A stretch of 41,545 nt of DNA, from sequence record SRR20825010_6051. One strand, given 5' to 3'. Every line of letters starts with the position of its first letter. Position 1 is the first letter of the stretch. The position numbers and the translations under genes are program-made. Below, piece by piece: positions 1 through 9,998 of the stretch. The notes below the pieces were generated by a model, which made no database searches, had not been told where the DNA came from, and worked only from the letters and a program-made list of their open reading frames with translations.

Positions 1-61
1 GGCCGCAGGCCGAGGGGGCAGCGCCCCCTGTCACGCTGGCCTCTTGCGGTGCCGCCGCTGT

Positions 62-1006
62 TCAGACCCGCCCCAGAAACGCCGCCAGTCGCAAAAAGGC
101 GGTCGCCGCGCGGCGGTCGCGGGTGATCCCCAGCCGGGTCTGCGCCCGGATGCGGGGCAGGCCGCGGGCCGGTGCCGCATCCAGCGCGGCCAGCAGGGCG
201 CGGGTGTCCCCGGTCAGCCAGGGGCGGGCCTGTTCCAGCGCCCTGCGGTTTGCCGTCTGCCAGTCGCGCCAGGTAGGGCCGAGCACCATGGCCGCGCGGG
301 CCAGTCCGGCCAGAAACCCGCGATGCGCGCCCAGCACGTTGTCGCCGTGCTGGCGGTAATCCAGCACCACCTCGGGGGAGACGGTGACTTGGCCGCCCGC
401 GCCGGTGATCAGCAGGTAGAGCCACCAGTCGTGGAACGGCACCTCCACCGGACCCACGGCGCGCACCAGCGCCAGCGCGGCGGGGTTCAGCACCGCGCAG
501 TGTCCCGCCACCCGGTTCTGCACCAGCGCGTTGCCAAAGGACGGCGGGCCGGAGTGCACCCGGCTGAGGCCCAGGGTCGCGCCTGTCGCGCTGACGTGGC
601 GGCTTTGCGCGCTGTAGACCGCCGGGCCGTCGAAATGCGTCAGCGTCATCAGCGCGTGGGACAGCTTGTGCGAATACCAGATGTCATCCTGATCGCAGAT
701 TGCCACGGGGTCTGCGGGCAGATCGGGGTGGCACAGCAACGTCAGGAAATTCGCAGCCGCGCCCCGGCGCGGGCCATCCAGCAGGCGGATCTCATGGGTG
801 GGATGGGCGGTGGCAAAGCGTTCGACGATTCCCCGCGTGCCGTCACGCGATCCGTCGTCCGACACCCAAAGCGCCCAGTCGGCATGGTCCTGCGCCGCCA
901 GGCTGTCCAGTTGTGCACCCAGATGCGCCGCGCCCTGATAGCTGGCCAGCAGGATCGTGACATGCGGCAACGCAGGGGCGGGCAGGGGGGCGCTGTGTCG
1001 GGTCAT
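62..1006 (-). CDS. Glycosyltransferase family 2 (GT-A fold, rhamnosyltransferase-like subgroup)
   Basis: Motifs ILLASYQG, VSDDGSRDGT, CDQDDIW (DxD), HDWW and YRQHGDNVLG. Confidence 0.9.
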   Translation of the reverse strand: MTRHSAPLPAPALPHVTILLASYQGAAHLGAQLDSLAAQDHADWALWVSDDGSRDGTRGIVERFATAHPTHEIRLLDGPRRGAAANFLTLLCHPDLPADPVAICDQDDIWYSHKLSHALMTLTHFDGPAVYSAQSRHVSATGATLGLSRVHSGPPSFGNALVQNRVAGHCAVLNPAALALVRAVGPVEVPFHDWWLYLLITGAGGQVTVSPEVVLDYRQHGDNVLGAHRGFLAGLARAAMVLGPTWRDWQTANRRALEQARPWLTGDTRALLAALDAAPARGLPRIRAQTRLGITRDRRAATAFLRLAAFLGRV

Positions 1007-1167
1007 TGTGGCGCGGTTGTAGGGCAGCGGACGGTGGCAGGGGAAGGTGCAAAGCGCCGCGGCGCGCCCTGAACCTGTTGACCGGGCGCATGATTTCCCG
1101 CCACTAAGGGCACAAGCCGATGTCGGGCATGCGCGCTGGTTGGCAGGGTACAGTGGTTCACGAGGTC

Positions 1168-4041
1168 ATGGTCACAATTTCCGATCCGCGCTACGCGCTG
1201 CAATGGCATTTCGATCTGATTGGCGACATCGAGACGATCTGGCAGGAGGTCAGCGGCGCGGGGGTGTCGGTCGGCGTCTATGACGACGGTATGGATCAGG
1301 ATCACCCGGATCTGGCCGCCAATTACAACGCCAGCCTGCACTACGACGGGATCAGCAACGATGACGGCAGCCACAACAGCGGCGTTGACGGGCACGGAAC
1401 CTCTGTCGGCGGGCTGATCGCGGCGGCGCGCAACGGTCTGGGCGGGGTTGGCGTGGCCTGGGGGGCATCGCTGACCTCGGTCGACTATCTGAACGACACG
1501 CAGACTGGCTCGGACGCGGTGTTGTACGATTCTCTGGTCTGGACCGCCATGTTCGACGTGGTGAACCAGAGCTATGGCGTCAGGCCGGAGTTTTCCGACG
1601 ACTGGGACATCGGTGATCCGGGCAGTTATGGCTGGGAAGAGGCGCAGCGCTTTGCGCAGGCCACCCAGAGCGGGCGCGGCGGTCTTGGCACCATATTTGT
1701 CAAGGCGGCGGGCAATGAGGCGGGCGACCCCACGCTGCAAAGCTTTGGCGTGCTGGGCAATGCGCAGGGCGCGGGGCACAACGTCCTGCACACGGTGATC
1801 GTGGTGGGGGCGGTGGGGCGTGACGGGTCGGTCGAGAGTTATTCCAACTTTGGTGCCAACCTGCTGGTCTCGGCCCCGGCGGCCAGCCACACCACCGATG
1901 TGGCGGGTCGCGACGGCTATGCGTCGGGCGATTACACCAATGATTTCGGCGGCACCTCGGCGGCGACGCCGGTGGTGTCTGGCGTGGTGGCGCTGATGCT
2001 GGAGACCGCACCCGGCTTGGGCTGGCGCGACGTGCAGGCGATCCTGTCGCTGACGGCGGCGCAGACCGGGTCGGCCTATGGTGGTCCGGCTAGCGGTTTC
2101 GAGGCGGGCGCATGGCAATCCATGGGCGGCGAGACGTGGAACGGCGGCGCGATGAGCTTTAGCCCCAGCTACGGCTTTGGCCTTGTCGATGCCTTTGCCG
2201 CCGTGCGTCTGGCCGAGGTCTGGCTGGACATGCAGGGCGGCGTGGCGGCGACCTCGGACAATTTGGTGCAGGCCAGTTTCGCGCGCAGCCAGACCCGGTC
2301 GATCTTTGATTTTTCTGATGCCGAACTGGTGCTGGCGGTCGATCAGGGCATTGTCATCGAACATGTCTATGTCACGGTTGCGATCACCCATGGCTTTGCC
2401 AGTGACCTGACCATCACCCTGATCGCCCCTGACGGCACAGAGGTCATCCTCGCCGAGGGCGACGGCGGCGGCTCTGCGCTGAACGGCGACTGGACCTTTG
2501 GGGTGGCGGCGCTGCGCGGCATGTCCAGCGCGGGGGACTGGACGTTGCGGGTGGGCGACGGGTCGGTCGGGGATGCGGGCACGCTGCGCTCTGTCCGGCT
2601 GGAGTTTCTGGGCAGCCCCAAGGACGGCCCGCAAAGCGCCGATGACATCTGGGTCTTTACCGATGATTTCGCCGCGCTGGTCGCCGCCGACCCGGGGCGA
2701 GGCCGCGCCGTGGACGATGACGGCGGCACCGACTGGATCACCAGCGTCGCGGTGGCCGACCCGGTCGAGATCACGCTGGGCGCCACCGCGACGCTGCGGG
2801 TGGCGGGCAGCGACTGGGCCACGATTGAGGGCGGCATCGAAAACGCCAGCAGCGGCGACGGCGACGATGTGCTGACCGGCGGGGCAGGGGCCAACGTGCT
2901 ACGCGCCGGGCGCGGCAGCGATCTGGTCTCGGGCGGCGCGGGGGCGGATGATCTGGCGGGCGGTTCGGGCGGCGATGTGGTGCAGGGCGGCGGTGCTGGG
3001 ATCTATCACACCGCGATCTCGGCGCAGGTGTACCGGCTGTATCTGGCGGTCTTCGGGCGCGCGCCGGATGCGGGCGGGCATCAGGCCTGGGCACAGCGGA
3101 TGACGCTGGACCGGATGACCCACGATCAGGTGGCGCAGGCCTTTATCGCCTCACCCGAGTTCACCGCCACCTATGGCGCCACCACGGCCGTGGAATTTGT
3201 CACGCTGCTCTATGAAAACGTGTTGCACCGCGCGCCGGATGCCGCCGGGCTGGCATCTTGGGTGACGCGGCTGGACGAGGGGACATCGCGCGCCCGCGTG
3301 GTGCTGTTGTTCGCCGAAAGCCCCGAGCATCAGACCACCAGCGCCGCCGCGCAAGACGCCTATGATACGGCCCGCGACATCACCGAATGGGCCGATGATG
3401 TCTATCGGCTGTACCGGGCGATCTTTGACCGCGACCCCGATCCGGGCGGCTATGACGGCTGGGCCGAGATGCTGGCGGCGGGGCGGATGCGGTTCGATCA
3501 GGTGGTCGAAAGCTTCATGGCCTCGCCCGAGTTCACCGCCACCTATGGCGCGGCCACCAGCGACACCGATTTTGTCACGCTGCTCTATGACAACGTGCTG
3601 AAACGCGCGCCCGATCCGGCGGGGCTGGACGGCTGGGTGACGCGGCTGGAGGACGGCATGAGCCGGGTCAAGCTGGTGGAGTTTTTTGTGTCCTCGCCCG
3701 AGTTCACCGACAGCAGCGCCGCCGGGCTGGAGGCGTTCACCACCGGGCGCGGCACGGACGATGTGCTGCGCAGCGATGGCGGTGACGATCTGCTGGCGGG
3801 CGGGCTATATGCCGATCAGTTTGTCTTTGTCAGCGATGGCGCGGCCAGCACCACCACCGTCACCGATCTGGAACCCTGGGACGTGCTGACCTTCGAGGGG
3901 TTCGGCATGGACGCGGGGCAGATCTTTGCGGCGCTGGAACAGCAAGGCGACGACGTGGTGCTGATGGCGGCGGGCGAGGCGGTGATCCTTGCCGAGACCG
4001 CGCTGGACGAGATCACGCAGGAGATGATCACCATTGCCTGA
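1168..4041 (+). CDS. Kexin/furin-like S8 serine peptidase with P-domain, RTX Ca-binding repeats and DUF4214 repeats; probable T1SS substrate
   Basis: Catalytic VYDDG, HGTSVGG, AAGNE, GTSAATP; P-domain (IEHVYVTVAITH...DLTITLIAPDGT...GDWTLRV); GGxGxDxL nonapeptides; VYRLY..FGRAPD..G...W repeats; no Sec signal. Start 1168 preferred, ORF open from 1120. Confidence 0.9.
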   Translation: MVTISDPRYALQWHFDLIGDIETIWQEVSGAGVSVGVYDDGMDQDHPDLAANYNASLHYDGISNDDGSHNSGVDGHGTSVGGLIAAARNGLGGVGVAWGASLTSVDYLNDTQTGSDAVLYDSLVWTAMFDVVNQSYGVRPEFSDDWDIGDPGSYGWEEAQRFAQATQSGRGGLGTIFVKAAGNEAGDPTLQSFGVLGNAQGAGHNVLHTVIVVGAVGRDGSVESYSNFGANLLVSAPAASHTTDVAGRDGYASGDYTNDFGGTSAATPVVSGVVALMLETAPGLGWRDVQAILSLTAAQTGSAYGGPASGFEAGAWQSMGGETWNGGAMSFSPSYGFGLVDAFAAVRLAEVWLDMQGGVAATSDNLVQASFARSQTRSIFDFSDAELVLAVDQGIVIEHVYVTVAITHGFASDLTITLIAPDGTEVILAEGDGGGSALNGDWTFGVAALRGMSSAGDWTLRVGDGSVGDAGTLRSVRLEFLGSPKDGPQSADDIWVFTDDFAALVAADPGRGRAVDDDGGTDWITSVAVADPVEITLGATATLRVAGSDWATIEGGIENASSGDGDDVLTGGAGANVLRAGRGSDLVSGGAGADDLAGGSGGDVVQGGGAGIYHTAISAQVYRLYLAVFGRAPDAGGHQAWAQRMTLDRMTHDQVAQAFIASPEFTATYGATTAVEFVTLLYENVLHRAPDAAGLASWVTRLDEGTSRARVVLLFAESPEHQTTSAAAQDAYDTARDITEWADDVYRLYRAIFDRDPDPGGYDGWAEMLAAGRMRFDQVVESFMASPEFTATYGAATSDTDFVTLLYDNVLKRAPDPAGLDGWVTRLEDGMSRVKLVEFFVSSPEFTDSSAAGLEAFTTGRGTDDVLRSDGGDDLLAGGLYADQFVFVSDGAASTTTVTDLEPWDVLTFEGFGMDAGQIFAALEQQGDDVVLMAAGEAVILAETALDEITQEMITIA

Positions 4042-4784
4042 GCGGCCAGATGGAATATGGGCGCAACGGCCTGTGGCGGGTATCGTCCCGCCGCGCTGTC
4101 TTTCGCGTCGCCGTCCATCGTTTGATCCTGTCGTCCCTTGGCACTCTCATGCCGCAGGAATTCGCAACGAAATCGAGACTGGAAACCAAGGCCGCATGAA
4201 GCCAGAAATCATGCTCTGCCGACAGAAAACTGGACCGTTTGACGCTGGAGTTTTCGGCTGGGCTGTCTTGGCTGGGAGTGGCGTGAAAACGCATGAAGGC
4301 ATCGGGACGTGGATTAGCTCAGAGTGCTGGAAATTTGGTGATGCAGGCTTTACCTGAAACGCTTTATCCATTGATTTAATTTGTATTTTTCTGTTTTCGT
4401 TGTCAGCTTTTTTCCCGAAACCCTATTGGCCTTTGCTTTCGGAGGCCAGATGTAGAGGCCAGTTTCACCCTTAGTTCTTCATTATGACCCTATTTCGTCC
4501 CGCTTCAGGCCGAGTTTATTCCGAGTATCGGGACCGAAACGGGACCGGATGCAAATTGGACCCGCCGTGATTTCGTGCTGTGCTCTGATCTCTGGTCCAT
4601 GCTTTGTGAGGGAAACAAGGATCCAACAGCGGTATCAAAGGGGCGGCCGCAAATCGCGACGGCCCCACGACAGCTTCAAAAATGGTATTTCTGACCAAAG
4701 CCCTTTGCCTTGGACGCCAAGCAGGGGAACCCCCTAAGTACTGGACAGGCTCAATAGAGCAGGACTGGAAAAGGGAGGAACACC

Positions 4785-5774
4785 ATGCAGGACCTTAGAT
4801 TGTCGGTTGCGGTTGGCGATTACGACCGAATGCGACCACTTATCGACGGCGATGTGCAGATTGATGGAGTGGACCCGGTATTCCTCCGTTTGTCGCCGGA
4901 AGAAATTTTCTTTCGCGCCTTCCGCAGCGAAGATTTCGACATCTGTGAACTGTCGATGAGCTCTACCGTCCTGAAGATGGCCCGCGGCGAATGTCCCTAT
5001 GTACCGATCCCGGTGTTTCCGTCTCGTGCGTTCCGCCATACGGCGTTCTACATCAATGCGGCTTCGGGGATCCGTAAGCCTGAGGACCTGCGAGGCCGCC
5101 GCATCGGTGTGGGGGAATACCAACTCACCGCCAATGTCTGGGCGCGTGCCATTCTTGAGGATGACTACGGCATCAAGCCATCCGAGATTGAATGGGTTCG
5201 GGGCGGGATTGAGGAGCTGGGCCGCAAGGAAAAGATCCATTTGACCCTACCCGAGGGGGTCAACCTTGTTGATGCACCCGCTGACCGTACGCTTGCCAGC
5301 ATGCTGGCCGAGGGCGAGATTGATGCCTTGCTCGGACCGCGCATGCCCTCCAGCCTGAACGGCGACGGGCGGGTGCGCTGGCTGTTCGACGACCCGATAA
5401 CTGCGGCGCGCGACTGGTACGCCCGGACGAAAATCTTTCCGATCATGCATACGTTGGGTGTCCGCCGCAGTCTGGTCGAACAGCATCCGTGGCTGCCTGC
5501 GACCGTTCAGAAGGCGTTTGAACAATCCAAGGCCCTGTGCCTGTCGCGGCTGCGCGACACCTCGGCCACCAAGGTCACGCTTCCTTTTATCGAGGAAGGG
5601 TTCAAGGGCGCGCGCGAACTGCTTGGCGATGATTTCTGGTCATATGGCTATGAGGCCAACCGCCACGTCGTGCAGTCCTTTATCGACCATCATTACAGAC
5701 AGGGCCTTTCGCCCGTCCGGTTGTCTGCCGAGGACTTGTTCCATCCGGCCACGCTGGATGTTGCGCGGATCTGA
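4785..5774 (+). CDS. 4,5-dihydroxyphthalate decarboxylase family protein (Pht5-like, periplasmic-binding-protein fold)
   Basis: LSVAVGDYDR, PEEIFFRAF, FDICELSMS, IPVFPSRAFRH, EYQLTANVWAR, IFPIMH, DFWSYG; GGAGG RBS. Confidence 0.8.
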   Translation: MQDLRLSVAVGDYDRMRPLIDGDVQIDGVDPVFLRLSPEEIFFRAFRSEDFDICELSMSSTVLKMARGECPYVPIPVFPSRAFRHTAFYINAASGIRKPEDLRGRRIGVGEYQLTANVWARAILEDDYGIKPSEIEWVRGGIEELGRKEKIHLTLPEGVNLVDAPADRTLASMLAEGEIDALLGPRMPSSLNGDGRVRWLFDDPITAARDWYARTKIFPIMHTLGVRRSLVEQHPWLPATVQKAFEQSKALCLSRLRDTSATKVTLPFIEEGFKGARELLGDDFWSYGYEANRHVVQSFIDHHYRQGLSPVRLSAEDLFHPATLDVARI

Positions 5775-5795
5775 ACCCCTCGCGACAGACGCAGA

Positions 5796-6722
5796 TCAGG
5801 GCAGCTTCCGCGCGAGGTCACCCAGTTCCACCTCCAGCTGGCGGATCACGCACCGAAGCAGCCGCATGATCCGTTCCTCGTTACGAAAGCACGAGGAACG
5901 GATCGAACGTGTCATGTAGAGCGTGCGACGGAACGGGGCACCTTCGATCTGGAATACGCTCACCAGCCCCTGCGACACCTCGTCGGCCACCACGCCGTAA
6001 GGCAGGATAGAGGCGGCGTCTCCGTTCAGGACTGTCTGCCGTGTGGCCATCAGGGATTGCACCTCGTAGTGAATATCCGCCGGTGTGCCAGCCGCAGATG
6101 CGGCTTCATCGACCATGCGCCGGATTGGATCACGTTCCCCGGCTAGAACCAGAGAATGCTCCAGAAGGGCGCTCAACGTGATCACCTCGCCGCTGGTGTC
6201 GCCATCGCGTCGACGACGGGCGAAGAGAAGTTCTTCTTCCTGCAGCGGCACTTGTACCAACCCGGATGAGGTGGTGGGCGTATAGGTCAGGATCAGATCG
6301 ACGTGACCAGCCTCCAGCTCGCGCAGGAGGGTCAGGCTGGGCTCTTCTGTCAGGCTCAGTCGAACGCCATCGAGGTTCTGTCTGGCGGCCTGCAGCAAAT
6401 CCTGTCCGACCAGCCGCATGATCGAGTGAGTGATCCCGAGCGCGATAACCTCGACTGCGTTTTCGGCCGCAGCGCGTAACTCCTTTTCGGCCTGCTCGAA
6501 GCGGGCAAGGATCTCTACCGCATGATTATACAGAAGAGTGCCCTCGGGCGTCGCTTCGACGCCGCGGGAATGGCGATCGAGAAGCGACACTCCGAACTCT
6601 TCTTCAAGCTGCCGGATTTGCAGACCCAGCGCAGGCTGGGCCACGTTGAGCATGGCAGCGGCACGGGTCATGTTGCCGACCTCGACGACCTTGGAAAAAT
6701 AGCGAAGCTGGCGATCGTTCAT
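5796..6722 (-). CDS. LysR-family transcriptional regulator (Nac-like)
   Basis: N-terminal HTH QLRYFSKVVEVGNMTRAAAMLNVAQPALGLQIRQLEEEFG plus LysR substrate-binding domain; start at MNDRQ. Confidence 0.9.
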   Translation of the reverse strand: MNDRQLRYFSKVVEVGNMTRAAAMLNVAQPALGLQIRQLEEEFGVSLLDRHSRGVEATPEGTLLYNHAVEILARFEQAEKELRAAAENAVEVIALGITHSIMRLVGQDLLQAARQNLDGVRLSLTEEPSLTLLRELEAGHVDLILTYTPTTSSGLVQVPLQEEELLFARRRRDGDTSGEVITLSALLEHSLVLAGERDPIRRMVDEAASAAGTPADIHYEVQSLMATRQTVLNGDAASILPYGVVADEVSQGLVSVFQIEGAPFRRTLYMTRSIRSSCFRNEERIMRLLRCVIRQLEVELGDLARKLP

Positions 6723-6794
6723 TGTTCCACCTGGCATGTTTTCAGAGCGCTGGTGCCCCTTCGCCCACGGACGAATTTCGGCAGGCCCTCAGTT

Positions 6795-8009
6795 TTACGC
6801 ATAAGTTGCGGCGGCTGAAACGAGTTTCTCGACAAAACATTCGAACAGGGCGGTCGGAGTGTGATCTCGTCGTGTCGTCATGCCGATGGCGCGGCGCGTC
6901 CGGGGCACCTGCATTGGCAGAAGGGACAGCAGGCCTCGGTTGACGTCATCGCGCACTTGTTGGTGTGCGGCAATCGCGAGGCGGTCGCTGTCCAGCAAAA
7001 AGGTGCGCAGGGCCGCGGTCGAGTCCGTCGAGATGATCCCGTCGGGCAGGACACCGCCGGAGTCCGTCACCAGCGCCTCGAACTGGGTGCGCAGTGGAAC
7101 ACCCTGCAAAGGCAGTATCCAACGATATGCCAACATGTCGCTCAGCCGGGGGTGGGGGATCCCGGTGAGGGGATGTTTGGCCCCCGCCACGATGGCGATG
7201 GTGTCGTCAAACAGCGTGCGCGCCGTCAGCCCGGGATCGTCATCAAGGCGACGAATAGAGCCGACAACCAGATCGATGTCCCCGTCGCGCAGTTGTTGTG
7301 CCAGGCTGTCCCAGGTGCCGTCCTGCAAAGTGATCTCGGCGTCAGGAAAGCTATCCAGCGTCGCCAGCGTCGCCGAAGGCACCAGACCTGATCGCGCAAT
7401 CGGCAGTGTTCCAATGGAAAGTCGCCCTTTCCCACGACCGACCAGGACCGCCAGATCGTCTTCGGCCTGACGCAATTCGCTGTAGGCCAGCTTGATCCGT
7501 CGGGTGAGGGTTTCGGATCCCGGTTCGGGCAGCAGGCCCAGTCTTGTACGGCGATACAGTTTTCGTCCCAGTCGGCGTTCCAATGTCAACAAGGACCGCG
7601 AGACTGCGGGCGGACTCAGGCCAAGTACCCTGGCCGCCCGCACAATAGAGCGTTGTTCCTGCGTGGCCAACAAGGCGCGGAGCTCATGGTCTGATGCCTG
7701 CACGAGGTTTGCCGATCCATCCGGACCGACCAGATGGGCAAAGGCGCGCGCTGCGCGGCCAATAACGATAGTGCCTGCTTCGGTCTGGGCGACATGCACT
7801 GTGGATCGGTCGAACAGGGCCAGACCGATAGCGTCTTCAAGTGATGCAACCGCCCGCGTCACCGCTGGTTGGCTGACGCCCAGTTGGTCCGCTGCCAGAG
7901 AAAATCGGCCGGATTGCGCCACTGTCAGCGCCATGCGCAGCTTGCGCAGTCCGGATGCCGCAAGGTCAAACTGCGCAGGAGGAGGGGGAGTCATTGGCAA
8001 GGATTCCAT
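6795..8009 (-). CDS. Double-HTH LysR regulator (LigR/GalR/FldY-like architecture)
   Basis: Two tandem HTHs (FSLAADQLGVSQPAVTRAV and SIVRAARVLGLSPPAVSRSL), then LSIGTLPIARSGLVP effector domain; 404 aa. Confidence 0.85.
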   Translation of the reverse strand: MESLPMTPPPPAQFDLAASGLRKLRMALTVAQSGRFSLAADQLGVSQPAVTRAVASLEDAIGLALFDRSTVHVAQTEAGTIVIGRAARAFAHLVGPDGSANLVQASDHELRALLATQEQRSIVRAARVLGLSPPAVSRSLLTLERRLGRKLYRRTRLGLLPEPGSETLTRRIKLAYSELRQAEDDLAVLVGRGKGRLSIGTLPIARSGLVPSATLATLDSFPDAEITLQDGTWDSLAQQLRDGDIDLVVGSIRRLDDDPGLTARTLFDDTIAIVAGAKHPLTGIPHPRLSDMLAYRWILPLQGVPLRTQFEALVTDSGGVLPDGIISTDSTAALRTFLLDSDRLAIAAHQQVRDDVNRGLLSLLPMQVPRTRRAIGMTTRRDHTPTALFECFVEKLVSAAATYA

Positions 8010-8027
8010 ATCGTCTTTCAGCGTAGC

Positions 8028-8042
8028 GTAACCATTTTTTAT
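8028..8042. promoter_or_regulatory. Putative LysR T-N11-A binding box in the divergent regulator/operon promoter
   Basis: GTAACCATTTTTTAT, close to ATAAC-N5-GTTAT, in an AT-rich patch just upstream of the double-HTH LysR start. Confidence 0.4.
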
Positions 8043-8136
8043 AACTGCGCGCCACTCTGCATTTCTCAGGCCCGTGCGTCAGATGCCATGATGCACTTGT
8101 GGGCTGGAGGAGCCTGTAGATGCTTGGGGGAGAGAC

Positions 8137-9981
8137 ATGACAAAGCACGATTCCGTCGGATCACGCGCGGACACTCGCCTTGCCGGCCTTGAGCGCCCGG
8201 AGCCTGGTAACGCCGCAGCCGAGTTCGGTTCGTGGGGCAGTGATGCTGTCGCACAGGTTCTGCAAGATCTTGGTCTTGAGTTCATTGCGCTTGTACCGGG
8301 GTCCAGTTTCCGGGGTCTGCACGACTCTCTGGTCAACGGGCTGGGCAACTCTAACCCGCAAATGGTTGTGTGCCTGCACGAGGAACATGCCGTTGCGATC
8401 GCCGACGGATATGCGCGTGCAACGGATCGCCCCATGGCAGTTGCGTTGCACTCCAACGTCGGGCTGATGCATGCGGCCATGACCGTCTACAATGCCTGGT
8501 GCGACCGGCAGCCGATGGTGATCATCGGCGCGACCGGCCCGGTGGACTCGCATAAGCGCCGCCCCTGGATTGACTGGATTCACACCTCCCGCGATCAGGG
8601 TGCCTTGGTGCGTGGCTATGTGAAGTGGGACGACCAGCCCGCCTCGACAGAGGCAAGTGTCGAGTCCGTAATCCGCGCACATCAGATTGCCACGACCGCG
8701 CCCTTTGGGCCGACCTATGTCTGTCTGGATGTCGCGGTGCAGGAACGTCGGCTGGACGCGCCGGTCAAGGTGCCGCCGCTAGAACGCTTTCGCACCGCAG
8801 AGCGCCCCGGCGCACCAAGTGCGTCGCTTGAGCGGACAGTGGCCGCGATCGGGGCGGCTCGCCGCCCCCTGTTTCTGTTTGGTCGCATGTCGCGCGATCA
8901 GGCCGACTGGGACGCGCGTGTTAAGCTTGCCGAGGCAGCGGGCGCGGCTGTCATGACCAGCATCCACAATGCCGCCGCCTTTCCGACCGACCATCCGCAG
9001 CACATCGTGGCCCCTTGTGCCGAACACCGCACACAAGAGGAAAAGGACATCGTTGCTGCCGCCGACCTGATCGTCAGCTTTGACTGGCTGGATCTCGCAG
9101 GTTTCCTGCGCAGTTGTTCGGGAGAGGCACAGTCGCAGACACCGGTCGAGACACTGATCATTTCGTGCTCGATGGATCAACTGGTCGCCAATGGCTGGGC
9201 GATGGACCTGCAGGCGCTGCCTGCCGCTGATATTCCGCTGCTGGCGCATCCCGATGCGTTGACGCATCAGCTGGTGACCGCATTTGACGGCCCGAAGCAG
9301 GGTAGCGAATGGGATTTTTCAGGGCCACACTGGACCAGCTGGCTGCCTGTGGAACCCGAAGGCGACCGCGAGGATTGCATTTCGCTGGGTGATTTCGCGA
9401 TGTCGGTGCGGGCCCTTGGCGATGCAGGCGACACGACCTTTGTGCGCCTGCCTCTGGGGTGGCCGCGTACGGCCTGCCGTTTCAACGATCCGCTTGCCTA
9501 TCTGGGCAAGGACGGCGGCGGCGCTGTGGGCATCGGTCCTGCACATGCGGTGGGTGCGGCGCTGGCGCTGCGCAACTCGGACCGTGTGGTGACTGCGGTG
9601 CTGGGCGACGGCGATACGGTGATGGGCATCACGGCGCTGTGGACCGCGGCGCATCTGGATCTGCCTCTCTTGGTGATCATCGGCAACAACACCTCATATT
9701 TCAACGACGAGCGGCATCAGGAAGTGGTTGCGGTCGCGCGCTCGCGCCCGGTTGCGAACCGCTGGATCGGACAGCGCCTGACCGATCCCGAAGTGGATCT
9801 TGTTGCGATGGCCCGTGCGCAGGGGTTCGACGGCGAAGGGCCGGTGCGCACCGCCGAAGGTCTCAGGGCGGCGATCGCCAAGGGCCGCGAAATCGTGCGC
9901 GGCGGAGGCCGCTACCTGATCGATGCCCGGATCGAACCCGGATACGCAGGAGATTTCGGCCTGAAGCCCATCGAAGATTGA
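8137..9981 (+). CDS. Thiamine diphosphate-dependent enzyme (benzoylformate decarboxylase/acetolactate synthase-like)
   Basis: CLHEEHAVAIADGYA (catalytic Glu) and GDGD-x24-GNN ThDP motif; GGAG RBS. Confidence 0.88.
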   Translation: MTKHDSVGSRADTRLAGLERPEPGNAAAEFGSWGSDAVAQVLQDLGLEFIALVPGSSFRGLHDSLVNGLGNSNPQMVVCLHEEHAVAIADGYARATDRPMAVALHSNVGLMHAAMTVYNAWCDRQPMVIIGATGPVDSHKRRPWIDWIHTSRDQGALVRGYVKWDDQPASTEASVESVIRAHQIATTAPFGPTYVCLDVAVQERRLDAPVKVPPLERFRTAERPGAPSASLERTVAAIGAARRPLFLFGRMSRDQADWDARVKLAEAAGAAVMTSIHNAAAFPTDHPQHIVAPCAEHRTQEEKDIVAAADLIVSFDWLDLAGFLRSCSGEAQSQTPVETLIISCSMDQLVANGWAMDLQALPAADIPLLAHPDALTHQLVTAFDGPKQGSEWDFSGPHWTSWLPVEPEGDREDCISLGDFAMSVRALGDAGDTTFVRLPLGWPRTACRFNDPLAYLGKDGGGAVGIGPAHAVGAALALRNSDRVVTAVLGDGDTVMGITALWTAAHLDLPLLVIIGNNTSYFNDERHQEVVAVARSRPVANRWIGQRLTDPEVDLVAMARAQGFDGEGPVRTAEGLRAAIAKGREIVRGGGRYLIDARIEPGYAGDFGLKPIED

Positions 9982-9998
9982 GTTGAAGGACAAGAACA

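Noticed and set aside
4034-4737. Several short ORFs and faint IS21-end-like words (GAAAACTGGACCGTTTGACG, GCAAATTGGACCCGCCG)
   Set aside because: No protein motifs; the similarity to IS ends is too short and degenerate to support
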